Assembly (NCBI GenBank): GCA_963785725.1
Contig: CAWAWS010000005.1
Span: forward strand, 160,001 to 224,000
Origin: an uncultured delta proteobacterium
Lineage (GTDB): Bacteria; Myxococcota_A; Polyangia; Palsa-1104
Direction of reading: 5' to 3'
DNA: 64,000 nt
Every line of letters starts with the position of its first letter. Positions within the stretch are counted from its first letter, which is position 1. Below the pieces are notes generated by a model. The model saw nothing but the letters and a program-made list of their open reading frames with translations. It made no database searches and was not told the DNA's origin. A program made the translations under genes and the position numbers. Positions 9,102 to 18,190 of the stretch are shown here, in pieces.

Positions 9102-9975
9102 TCAGCGGCGAACGAAGCGGCCGAGCGACGGCTGCCACACCTCGACGGCGCCCTCGACGGCGATGGCGACGTTGGCGCAGCCGGCGGCGTGACGCGCGAA
9201 CGCGTCTTCGATGAGCCGATCCGACTGCAGCGGACCGTGATGGCCGGCGAGCACGCGCGTCTGCGGATGGCGCCGCGCCAGCTCGGCCGCGTACTCGATC
9301 GAATCCGTGCCCGAAGGTGTGCTGCGCGACGTCGCTGTGGTTGGCGTCGACGATGACGAGCTGCGCGGTCGCGACCACGGCGTCCTCCAGCGCGCGCGTC
9401 GCCGCCGTCGGCTCGTGATCACTCAGGTAGGCGACGGTCGGGCCGTCGGTGACGGCCAGCCGATAGCCGAGCGTGTCGAGGTAGCGCCGGTTGGGCTCGA
9501 GGCCGCTGTAGTGGTGGAGCGCCACGGTCTCGAGCGTCGCGCCCGGCAACGCCACGCTCGCGCCGGCCGCGAGCGCGACGAACGACAGGCGTCGCAGCGT
9601 GCCCAGCGCCAGCACCTCGAGCGGGACGAACGCCGGCGGCGCGTGCCCGGCGGCAATCGTGTCGAGCGCCTCTTGCGGGCCGAGCACCGTCAACTCGAGG
9701 CCGTTGTCGCGGCGCCACATCCACTCGGCGTCCTTGAGCCCTTCCCAATGATCGAGGTGCGCGTGCGTAACGAGCACGTGCAGTCGCTCGATCGCGCGCA
9801 GGCGCTCGTCGCCGGCGAGCGCGGCGGCGAGCGCGCCCAGGCCGCGACCGGCGTCGAAGACGAAGAGGTCGGCGCCGACCGCCAGCGAGTAGCACGACGT
9901 CGCGTTGCCGATCCGCGAATGCCACGTGTTGCGGCCGCCGCGACAACCCCAAATGTGCAGCTGCGTCTCGTTCAC
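9102..9975 (-). CDS. MBL-fold metallo-hydrolase (candidate cNMP phosphodiesterase); one apparent +1 frameshift near 9302
   Basis: WGCRGG, TSCY, FDAGRG, THAHLDH and YLSDHE motifs. Removing one base in minus-strand GGATTCGATC joins ...HTFGHG to SIEYAAELARRH...GHHGP. Confidence 0.8.
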
Positions 9976-9998
9976 GATGGCGGGCGTGGCCAACGCGC

Positions 9999-10982
9999 TC
10001 AGGCCCAGCCGAGCCGGTTGCGACCGGCGCGCTTGGCGGCGTAAAGGGCTTCGTCGGCGCGCTTCAGGAGCTCGGCGGCGCTCTCGCCGGCGCGGTATTG
10101 CGTGCCGCCCATCGTGGTCGTGATGCGGATGCCGCGGTCGTTGCCGGGATGGGGAAAGCTGCCGATGGCGGCGCGCAGCGTCTCGGCGCGGGTGCGCGCC
10201 TCCGCTTCGTCGAGGTCGGCGAGCAAGAGGATGAACTCGTCGCCGCCGACGCGGCACGGCAAATCGGACTTGCGCACGCCGTCCTGCAAGATGGCGCCGA
10301 CGGCTTTGAGCACGAAGTCGCCGGCGGCGTGACCGAGCGTGTCGTTGACGGGCTTGAAGTGGTCGAGGTCCATCGCGATGAGGACGAGCCCGCCGCCGAT
10401 GGCCCGCGCGCGCTCCATGAAGCCGTGCACCTCGGCGTCGAAGCAGCGGCGGTTGAAGAGGCCGGTGAGCGCGTCGGTGCGCGCCGTCTCCTCCTCTTGC
10501 GTCAGCCGCTTGCGCGTGAACTCGAGGCTCTTGATGGTGTCCTGCAGCTCGACGTTGCGCCGCCGCAGATCGGCGATCAAGTTGCGCTCGGCGTCGACCA
10601 AGAAGGCGCAGGCGCGGCGCAAGAGCGTGAAGATGGCACGCGGATGGGTCGCCAGCAGCGACTGAATGCTCGACTGGTCGACGACCTGCAGGCGCGCCGC
10701 GCTCGTGGCGACGATCGAAATGCTGCGCTGGTGGCCGGGGTTGATGAACGAGAGCTCGCCGAAGTAGCTGCCGGGGCTGTACGTGCGCACGACCTTGCCG
10801 GTGTCGAGGACGGCCTCGGCCTCGCCGGCGACGAGGAAGAACATCGAATCGCCGGGCTCGCCTTGCGTCAGGATGCGCTCGCCGGCCGCGCAGTGGCGCA
10901 GCGCGCCCGCCGCGAAGATGGCGTCGACCTCGTCATCGGTGAAGGCGTGCAACGGGGAATCGGCCGGGAATGCACTACGCAC
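9999..10982 (-). CDS. Diguanylate cyclase with N-terminal cNMP-binding domain (cNMP - coiled coil - GGDEF)
   Basis: QGEPGDSMF...SYFGELSF...QRS cNMP motifs; TDALTGLFNRR, DLDHFKPVNDTLGHAAGD, RKSD I-site, GGDEF. Start is GTG 10982 (TAAAAT 7 nt upstream) or ATG 11021. Confidence 0.92.
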   Translation of the reverse strand: MRSAFPADSPLHAFTDDEVDAIFAAGALRHCAAGERILTQGEPGDSMFFLVAGEAEAVLDTGKVVRTYSPGSYFGELSFINPGHQRSISIVATSAARLQVVDQSSIQSLLATHPRAIFTLLRRACAFLVDAERNLIADLRRRNVELQDTIKSLEFTRKRLTQEEETARTDALTGLFNRRCFDAEVHGFMERARAIGGGLVLIAMDLDHFKPVNDTLGHAAGDFVLKAVGAILQDGVRKSDLPCRVGGDEFILLLADLDEAEARTRAETLRAAIGSFPHPGNDRGIRITTTMGGTQYRAGESAAELLKRADEALYAAKRAGRNRLGWA

Positions 10983-11117
10983 GCGCTCGATTTTAACACC
11001 AATCGCGCGCCGGTGGCTCATCCCGATGGCGCCGGGCCGGGTTTGCCGAGGCGCCATCGCGCCGGGCGCCTGACGGTCTTGCCGTCGGAGCGCACCCGTG
11101 TATACCTTTCGCAAAGC

Positions 11118-11543
11118 ATGGCAGCACTCGGTGAAGTCGGTTCCGTCACGAGCGTGCACTTTCGCGTCAGCACCGCCAATCAGGCCGCTTTCCGCGCGCT
11201 CAGCGGTGACGACAACCCGCTCCATTTCGACGACGCCTTCGCCCGAGCGCGCGGCTTTGCCGGCCCGGTCGTCTATGGTGGGCTCATCGTCGCCGCCATC
11301 TCGCGCCTGCTCGGCAACGAGGTCCCCGGCGCCGGCTGCGTCTGGCACTCGCTCAAGCTCGACTTTCGCGCGCCGCTCTACGTCGACGAGCCGGCCACCG
11401 TGCAGGCGACCTTGACGCACTTTACCGAGGCGCTCGGGCTGTGGCGCCTCGGCCTCGACGTCGCCGTCCCCGGCCGGCGCATCGCCAAGGGCGAGGCCTC
11501 GGCGATGCTGCGCGACACCACCACCCGCGCCACCGCCGAATGA
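11118..11543 (+). CDS. MaoC-like hotdog dehydratase
   Basis: FRALSGDDNPLHFDDAFA...GPVVYGGL hydratase-2 motif. Confidence 0.88.
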   Translation: MAALGEVGSVTSVHFRVSTANQAAFRALSGDDNPLHFDDAFARARGFAGPVVYGGLIVAAISRLLGNEVPGAGCVWHSLKLDFRAPLYVDEPATVQATLTHFTEALGLWRLGLDVAVPGRRIAKGEASAMLRDTTTRATAE

Positions 11544-12202
11544 AAGCGGTCCTCGTCACCGGCGCCGGCGGCGCCATCGGCTCGGCCATCGCCAGCCTAG
11601 CGCGCGCGCGCGGCTGGGCCGTCATCGCCGCGCAGCGCGATCGAGCGGCGACGCTGCAGCTGCCGCTCGACGAGCCCGACCGCTTCGCCGACGTCTTGGC
11701 CACCGTCGATGCGTCGTTGGATGTGGCGGCGCTGGTGCTGTGCGCGTCGCCGCCGCCGCTGGTGTCGTCGTTCACGAAGACGCCGAGCGACGCGCTCGTG
11801 CAGCAGCTCCAAATCAATGTCGTCGCCGCGCATCGCCTGCTGGCCGAGTGCTGGAAGCGCTTTTTCCGGCCGCGCAAAGGCGGCCACGTCGTCGCCTTCT
11901 CGACGGCGGCGCTGGGTCCGCCGCCGACGCCGCACCTGGTCTCGTACTTGGTCGGCAAGGCGGCGGTCGAGGCGCTGGTCGAGGCGGCGCTCGCCGAGCT
12001 CGGCCCGGCCGGGCTGCGCGGCACGGTCATTCGTCCCGGGTTCACCGAGACGCCGATGCTGCGCGCATTTCCGACGCCCATCCTCGACGCCGCGCGCCAG
12101 TCGACGCGCTTTCTGACGCCGGCCGAGGTCGCGGCGGCCACCGTCGACGCGCTCGACCAACCGCCGGCCGAGCCGCTCCTGCGTAGGATTGAGCTGCCAT
12201 GA
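11540..12202 (+). CDS. SDR family oxidoreductase (ketoreductase-like)
   Basis: VTGAGGAIG, YxxxK (YLVGK), PGFTETPM; ATGA overlap with the MaoC gene. Confidence 0.88.
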   Translation: MKAVLVTGAGGAIGSAIASLARARGWAVIAAQRDRAATLQLPLDEPDRFADVLATVDASLDVAALVLCASPPPLVSSFTKTPSDALVQQLQINVVAAHRLLAECWKRFFRPRKGGHVVAFSTAALGPPPTPHLVSYLVGKAAVEALVEAALAELGPAGLRGTVIRPGFTETPMLRAFPTPILDAARQSTRFLTPAEVAAATVDALDQPPAEPLLRRIELP

Positions 12203-14073
12203 AGTGGTTACCCGCGCTCCCCAGCCACGACGCCTTCGCCGAGCTCCGCGCGCACACCAATCCGACGACGCGCCTGGCCGCCATCGTTCGCCTCGCCCAC
12301 TTCGATCTCGATTTTCTGCAGACGGCCAAGCTCGATCGCCTGCTGGAAAAGACCGTGCGCGAGCTCGATGGGCCGGCGCCGCTGCCGAATCTGACGCGCG
12401 TGCGGCTGGCCTGGCTGGCCTCCTCCACCGTCGAGCAGCTGCTGCCGGGCGCGCGCATCGCCGGCTTGCGTCGCGGGCTGTATCTCGACATCCATTTGGC
12501 GCCTTACGGCCAATATCAGCAGGCGCTGCTCGCGGACGAAGGCGCGCTCGTCGACTTTCAGCCCGAGGCGGTGTTCATCCAGCTCGCGCCCGAGGACGCG
12601 CTGCCCGAGCTGCCGCTGGCCGCCACCGCCGCCGAGGCCGCCACCGCCGTCGCCGAGCGCGTGGCCGAGCTGACGCAGCTGTGGTCGCGCGCGCGCGAGC
12701 GCCATCGCGCGCTCGTCATCCACGCCACCGTGCCCAACTTGGCCGAGCGCCTCTTCGGCTCGTACGAGCTGCAGATTCCCGGCGCGCGCTCGAGCCTCAT
12801 CGCGCGCCTCAACCGCGCGCTCGTCGACGCGGCGCCGGCGGCCGGCGCGATCGTGTGCGACCTCGACGGCTGGTTCGCGCGCCTCGGCCACGACGCGTTC
12901 GACCCGGTGCGCTGGTTCCAGGCCAAGCAGCTGGTCGCGCCCGCGCTCGGTCCCTTGTTCGGCGAAGAGCTGGCGCGTCTCGTCGCCGCCGCGCGCGGCC
13001 GCTCACGCAAGGCGCTCGTCCTCGATCTCGACAACACGCTGTGGGGCGGCGTGGTCGGCGATGATGGCGTCGACGGCTTGATCCTCGGTCAAGGCGACGC
13101 CGCCGGCGAAGCGTTCGTCGCCTTCCAGCGCTACGTCAAGCAGCTGGCGACGCGCGGCATCGTGCTCGCCGTCTGCTCCAAGAACAACGCCGACACGGCG
13201 TTGGCGCCCTTTGCCCTCCATCGCGAGATGGTCCTGTCGCGCGACGACATCGCCGTCTTCGTCGCCAACTGGACCGACAAGGCGACCAACCTGCGCACCA
13301 TCGCGGCCACGCTCAACCTCGGGCTCGACGCGCTCGTCTTCGTCGACGACAACCCGGTCGAGCGCGATCAGGTGCGGCGCGAGCTGCCCGAGGTCGCGGT
13401 GCCGGAGATGCCCGAGGATCCGGCCTATTTCGTGCGCACGCTCGCCGCCGCCGGCTACTTCGAGACCGTCGCCTTCTCCGCCGAGGATTGGCAGCGCAGC
13501 GAGCAATATCAGACCAACGCCAAGCGCCAGCGACTGCAAGAAGGCAGCTCCGACATGGACGGCTTTCTGCAGAGCCTGGGCATGACGATGGTGACGTCGC
13601 CGGTCGGCGGCAACAACCTGACGCGCGTCGTCCAGCTCATCAACAAGACCAACCAGTTCAACCTGACGACGCGCCGCTACACCGAGGCCGAGGTCGAGGC
13701 CGTCGCCGGCTCGCCCGACCACATCGCGCGCTGCTTTCGCCTGCGCGATCGCTTCGGCGACAACGGCATCATCTCGGTCGTCATCGCGGCGCGCGAGCAC
13801 GACGCCTGGAACATCGAGACCTGGCTCATGAGCTGCCGCGTCCTCGGCCGTAAAGTCGAGCAGGCGGTGCTGGCCGAGCTGGCGCGCGCGGTGCAATCGC
13901 ACGGCGGCCGCGCGCTCGTCGGCCGCTACCTGCCGACAGCCAAGAACGGGCTCGTCGCCAATCACTACCGAGACTTGGGCTTCCAAAAGGCTGACGCGAC
14001 CGATCAGCGCTGGACGCTCGACCTCGACACCTTCGTCCCCGCCCTCCTACCCATCGAGCTCATCCATGACTGA
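12199..14073 (+). CDS. FkbH-like HAD-IIIC glyceryl transferase/phosphatase
   Basis: LDLDNTLWGGVVGDDG, CSKN, FVDDNPVER, QLINKTNQFNLTT and MSCRVLGR motifs. Confidence 0.93.
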   Translation: MKWLPALPSHDAFAELRAHTNPTTRLAAIVRLAHFDLDFLQTAKLDRLLEKTVRELDGPAPLPNLTRVRLAWLASSTVEQLLPGARIAGLRRGLYLDIHLAPYGQYQQALLADEGALVDFQPEAVFIQLAPEDALPELPLAATAAEAATAVAERVAELTQLWSRARERHRALVIHATVPNLAERLFGSYELQIPGARSSLIARLNRALVDAAPAAGAIVCDLDGWFARLGHDAFDPVRWFQAKQLVAPALGPLFGEELARLVAAARGRSRKALVLDLDNTLWGGVVGDDGVDGLILGQGDAAGEAFVAFQRYVKQLATRGIVLAVCSKNNADTALAPFALHREMVLSRDDIAVFVANWTDKATNLRTIAATLNLGLDALVFVDDNPVERDQVRRELPEVAVPEMPEDPAYFVRTLAAAGYFETVAFSAEDWQRSEQYQTNAKRQRLQEGSSDMDGFLQSLGMTMVTSPVGGNNLTRVVQLINKTNQFNLTTRRYTEAEVEAVAGSPDHIARCFRLRDRFGDNGIISVVIAAREHDAWNIETWLMSCRVLGRKVEQAVLAELARAVQSHGGRALVGRYLPTAKNGLVANHYRDLGFQKADATDQRWTLDLDTFVPALLPIELIHD

Positions 14074-14308
14074 ACCCGAGATTTACGCGGTTTTACAGAC
14101 GCTCTTCCACGACATCTTCGACGACGAGTCGATCACGCTCACGCCCACGACCAGCGCCAAAGACATCGCCGAGTGGGACTCGTTCAACCACGTCAACATC
14201 ATCGTCGGCGCCGAGACCAAGTTCAAAATCAAGTTCACCACGTCGGAGATCGGCGGCCTCAAGAACGTGGGTGACTTCGTGCACCTCATCGCCCGAAAAA
14301 CCGCGTAG
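14066..14308 (+). CDS. Acyl carrier protein
   Basis: 80 aa, DIAEWDSFNHVN phosphopantetheine Ser motif; overlaps the FkbH gene. Confidence 0.92.
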   Translation: MTEPEIYAVLQTLFHDIFDDESITLTPTTSAKDIAEWDSFNHVNIIVGAETKFKIKFTTSEIGGLKNVGDFVHLIARKTA

Positions 14309-15801
14309 TGCTCTTCAATTCCTACACCTTCCTGTTCCTGTTTCTGCCGATCACGCTGGCGTTGGTGCTGGGCGCGAGCGCGCTCGGCTTGCGGCGCACG
14401 GCCAAAGTGTCGCTGCTCGTGGCGTCGCTGTTCTTCTACGGCTGGGCCAACCCGCGCTACCTGATCGTGCTCGGCGCGCTCGTCGCCTTCAACTACGGCA
14501 TCTGCCGCCTGCTCATGGCCGACGCCGGCGACGACGGCCGCCGCAAGGCCGTCTTCATCCTCGGCGTCGTCGCCAACGTCGCCACGCTGGCCTACTTCAA
14601 GTACACCAACTTCACCGTCACCACCGTCGACGAGCTCTTCGGCTGGCAGCTGCGGGTGGCGCGCATCGCGCTGCCGCTCGGCCTGTCGTTCATCACGTTC
14701 CAGAAGATCGCGCTCTTGGTCGACGTCTACGATCGCAGCGTCACGTCGTTCGGGCTGCTCGACTACTGCCTGTTCGTGACGTTCTTCCCGCAGCTCATCG
14801 CCGGTCCCATCGTCCATCACCGCGAGGTCTTTCCGCAGCTCGCCGACCCGAAGACGCTGCATTACTCGGCCGACGGCTTCGCGGCCGGCATCGCGCTCTT
14901 TTGCATCGGCTTCTTCAAGAAGGCCATGCTCGCCGACAGCGTCGCGAGCTTGGCCGGCCGCGTCTTCGACGGCGCCGCGCACGGCCAGCACCAAGGCGCG
15001 CCGATGCTCTGGCTCGGCGCCGTCGCCTACACGCTGCAGCTCTATTTCGACTTCTCGGGCTACTGCGACATGGCCATCGGGCTCGGCCGGCTGTTCGGCA
15101 TCCGCCTGCCCATCAACTTCGACTCGCCCTTCAAGGCCACCAACATCATCGACTTCTGGCGTCGCTGGCACATGACGCTGACGCGCTTTTTGACCGCCTG
15201 CATCTACAACCCGATCTTGCTCGCCATCAATCGCCGTCGCGCCGCCCAAGGTCTGTCGAGCGGCCGCCGCGGCATGACGCTGCCGGCGTTTACGCAGCTC
15301 GTGGTCCTGCCGACGATGGTGACGATGTGCATCGCCGGCATTTGGCACGGCGCCGGCTTCCAGTTCGCCGTCTTCGGCGCGCTGCACGGCCTGTACCTCG
15401 TGTGCAACCACGCCTGGCGCACGTTCGGCAAGAAGCGCAAAGCCTCGCCTCGCTTCGACATCCCCAAGACCGCCGGCACCTTCCTGCTCGTGGTCGTGGC
15501 GTTCGTCTTCTTCCGCGCCGACTCGGTGCACACGGCGCTGCGCATGCTCGGCGAGATGACCGGGCTGCACGGTCCCAACCCGCGCCCGCAGCTGACGTCG
15601 ATCGCCGGCACGGTGGTGCTGGCGGCGATCGCCTTCGCCGCGCCCAACTCCAACCGCGTCGTCGACGGCGCGGCCGGCGAGGCGAGCCGCTGGTGGGACT
15701 TCCGCCCGTCGCTGGCGTGGGGCTTGTGCATCGGCGCCATCGCGCTGGCGGCGATGCTGCAGCTCGACGCCTCCACCGAGTTTCTCTACTTCAATTTTTG
15801 A
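14308..15801 (+). CDS. MBOAT family O-acyltransferase (AlgI/DltB-like)
   Basis: MLFNSYTFLFLFLP, LPLGLSFITFQ, FFPQLIAGPI, YFDFSGY, FWRRWHMTL and GIWHGAG motifs. Confidence 0.95.
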   Translation: MLFNSYTFLFLFLPITLALVLGASALGLRRTAKVSLLVASLFFYGWANPRYLIVLGALVAFNYGICRLLMADAGDDGRRKAVFILGVVANVATLAYFKYTNFTVTTVDELFGWQLRVARIALPLGLSFITFQKIALLVDVYDRSVTSFGLLDYCLFVTFFPQLIAGPIVHHREVFPQLADPKTLHYSADGFAAGIALFCIGFFKKAMLADSVASLAGRVFDGAAHGQHQGAPMLWLGAVAYTLQLYFDFSGYCDMAIGLGRLFGIRLPINFDSPFKATNIIDFWRRWHMTLTRFLTACIYNPILLAINRRRAAQGLSSGRRGMTLPAFTQLVVLPTMVTMCIAGIWHGAGFQFAVFGALHGLYLVCNHAWRTFGKKRKASPRFDIPKTAGTFLLVVVAFVFFRADSVHTALRMLGEMTGLHGPNPRPQLTSIAGTVVLAAIAFAAPNSNRVVDGAAGEASRWWDFRPSLAWGLCIGAIALAAMLQLDASTEFLYFNF

Positions 15802-16780
15802 GCAGCTTGAGCGCGCTCAGCGCTTGCGCGAACAGCTCGGTGAACGGCGTCGCGTCGTGCCCGTCGATGTGCGTGCCGTCGGGACAGGCGAACGCCTGCA
15901 TCGCCGGGAAGTCTTGAAACGAGAGGCTGGGGAAGGTCTTTTGAATGAGCGCCCAATAGCGGGCATCGGGAAAGCGCTCCTCCTCGGCGGCCAGGACCGC
16001 CTGCGTCGCCAGCATGCGGAAGAAGATGACGTGGCCGCCGCGCGCGGTGATGGCGGCGACCCAGGCTTGCAGCTGGCTCAGGCGCGCGGCCATCTCGGCG
16101 TCGCTGGCGACGGTGCCGTAGTTGCGCAGCGCATCGGCGAAGAAGCGCTTTTTCTCGGCTAGGTCGGCGAGCGCGAAGCTCATCCGCAGCTGCCGCCGCG
16201 CGTCCATGCGGTAATAGGGCACGGGCGGCGCGCGATGGCGCTCGAGCGCGAAATGCGGGATCGAGGCCATGCCGAGCTCGGGCAAGAGGCTCACGAGCCG
16301 GCTCGAGAACCACGTGCGCACCGACGTCTCCACGCCGTCGAGCGGCGCGCGCGCGTGATACTTCTCGACCCACGTGTTGGTGGCGGTGTTGTCGCTGGTG
16401 AAGAGGTCGGCCGGCAGCACCTCGACGACGAGCGTGCCGTGAAACGTCGGATCCTCGGCGAAGTCGCGCAGCATGCCGAGCAGATGGCCGCTGTTGACCG
16501 ACAGCTGAATGAACTCGCGGCCGGGAAAATGGCGCTCGAGCACGTCGAGATCCATGGCCGCTTGCAGGCGCGACGAGCCGACCAGCGCCACCACGCGCGG
16601 ATCTTTGGAGGCGGCCGCGCGCCACACCGACCACAGCCCGTTGCTGTTGGACACCGAGGGGACGAAACCTTTGGCACGCCAGGTCAATTCCCAGCCGGCC
16701 GCCAGCGTCAGCGCCAGCGCCATCCCCAGGAAAAAGCGCCGCGGCCGCACGCCAACCGGCGCTGAAGAAGGTTCGGCCAT
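15791..16780 (-). CDS. Membrane-anchored SGNH-like protein (DltD/AlgJ-type partner of the MBOAT)
   Basis: N-terminal TM helix, LVGSSR (block I Ser) and C-terminal DGTH (DxxH); convergent with and overlapping the MBOAT gene. Confidence 0.65.
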   Translation of the reverse strand: MAEPSSAPVGVRPRRFFLGMALALTLAAGWELTWRAKGFVPSVSNSNGLWSVWRAAASKDPRVVALVGSSRLQAAMDLDVLERHFPGREFIQLSVNSGHLLGMLRDFAEDPTFHGTLVVEVLPADLFTSDNTATNTWVEKYHARAPLDGVETSVRTWFSSRLVSLLPELGMASIPHFALERHRAPPVPYYRMDARRQLRMSFALADLAEKKRFFADALRNYGTVASDAEMAARLSQLQAWVAAITARGGHVIFFRMLATQAVLAAEEERFPDARYWALIQKTFPSLSFQDFPAMQAFACPDGTHIDGHDATPFTELFAQALSALKLLKN

Positions 16781-16896
16781 GAGCGGTGAAGCGTTACGCG
16801 GCGGCGGCGGAAGGTCAAGGAGCGACCGCTTCGTCTACGTCGCGCCACTGATTGCAAGCGGCTCGTCGCCCCTTATCTGGTCGGCGGAGGTGCGGC

Positions 16897-18108
16897 ATGC
16901 GGATCTGGCTGGCCTGTCTCGTGCTCTGCGGCTGTGACGGCGCGAGCGATCTCGGCTCCAACGCTTCCGCCAAGCTCGTCACCGCCGACAGCCAGGCCGC
17001 GGACACCGCGGTGCCCGAAGGTCAGACGCTCTCGACCGACAGCGTGCGCCCCTTTGCCGTCGGCACCCTGCCCAACCCCGAGCACGCGCCCTGTCTGTGG
17101 GGCACGAGCGACGCCGCCGGTCACGTCGCCCTCGGCCGCGGCACCGACCTCGACGCCGTCTGGTCCTTCTATTCGCGCACCGGCACCGCGCTCGGCAGCG
17201 CCGTCAGCAACCCCGATCCGCTGCACGGCGACACGCTCGTGAGCGCGATCTTCCCGGGCAAGTCGAGCTTCCAGGTCGTCTCGCGGCAATTCGGCCTCGG
17301 CGACGGCGGGCTGCTCATCGAGTTCGCGCCGAGCGGCACGCGGCTCGTGCAGCTGCCGATCTACGGACGCCTCGACGATCTCCTCTACCTGCAGTCGATT
17401 CCGGCCGGCGGGGTCAACGCCACCACCTTCTCGAACCTGCAGCACGCCAACGACGTCCGCTGGATCGACGTCGCCGACGCGCTCGACGACGACGACGATA
17501 TCTTCGTCACGGTGCCCTACGACGATCTGCGGACCTTCGCGGTCACCGACCTCTTGGCGCACACGCTGGCGCTCTATCCCGGCCTCGGGACGCTGCGCGC
17601 GCAGTGGCTCAACGCCGACGGCTCGACCCGCGTCGGCGAATTCGCGCTGGCGCTGCCGGCGAACGCGCGCCTGTCGCCGCTCATCGGCGGCGGCTTCGCC
17701 GTGCGCAGCGGCGACGACTGGGTCGGCACCCTCGCCTCCGACGCCACGGCCATCGCCGCCGCGCCGACGTGGCTGGCCCATCGCCCGCGCACGCGCTTGG
17801 CCATCGTCGAGCACGGACGGCGCTATGCGCTCCTCTTCGACGACGGCGCGACCAGCCCCGGCCTGCCGCAGACGATCGAGCTGCGCCGCCGCAACGGTGA
17901 ATGGGCCGGGGCGCTGCTCGCTTGGCCGGCCGCGGGCAGCTTCGCGAGCCAGCAGACGCGCATCGGGCGCGATGGCACGGTGGTGCAGCTGTTGAGCCGC
18001 CCGCAGCCGACGGGCCTGCAGTGCGCCTATCGCTGGTGGCCGGGGCTGTTGCGCTCGGGCATCAACGGCGACGGCACCTCCGTCTGCGTCGCCGGCTCCT
18101 GCCCCTAA
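16897..18108 (+). CDS. Hypothetical beta-rich lipoprotein
   Basis: GGAGG RBS, short signal with lipobox LCGC, GC3-biased codons. Confidence 0.65.
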   Translation: MRIWLACLVLCGCDGASDLGSNASAKLVTADSQAADTAVPEGQTLSTDSVRPFAVGTLPNPEHAPCLWGTSDAAGHVALGRGTDLDAVWSFYSRTGTALGSAVSNPDPLHGDTLVSAIFPGKSSFQVVSRQFGLGDGGLLIEFAPSGTRLVQLPIYGRLDDLLYLQSIPAGGVNATTFSNLQHANDVRWIDVADALDDDDDIFVTVPYDDLRTFAVTDLLAHTLALYPGLGTLRAQWLNADGSTRVGEFALALPANARLSPLIGGGFAVRSGDDWVGTLASDATAIAAAPTWLAHRPRTRLAIVEHGRRYALLFDDGATSPGLPQTIELRRRNGEWAGALLAWPAAGSFASQQTRIGRDGTVVQLLSRPQPTGLQCAYRWWPGLLRSGINGDGTSVCVAGSCP

Positions 18109-18190
18109 TCGACGTCACCGGCCGCGTCGCGCCGACTGCGGCGCGCCTGGCCGGGCTTGGCCACGCCGCGCGCGCGTGCGACTCTGCGGC

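Noticed and set aside
9290..9315. Programmed frameshifting in the MBL, DJ-1 or carboxylase genes
   Set aside because: No slippery heptamers are evident, and the many unrelated indels in the window point to sequencing error.
9999..10500. GGDEF as a Hypr-type 3',3'-cGAMP synthase
   Set aside because: The specificity position retains Asp (GHAAGD), not Ser/Thr.
5098..10982. Pycsar/CBASS-like anti-phage system (cyclase + cNMP effector + MBL)
   Set aside because: The cyclase is a CHASE2 membrane sensor type with purine-specific residues, and the cNMP domains are fused to a kinase and a GGDEF rather than to TIR or TM killing effectors. Signalling is more parsimonious, though defence was not tested.
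11118..15801. Polyketide/tetronate biosynthetic cluster
   Set aside because: No KS, FabH-like or NRPS genes are present; the ACP is coupled to an AlgI/DltB-type MBOAT instead.
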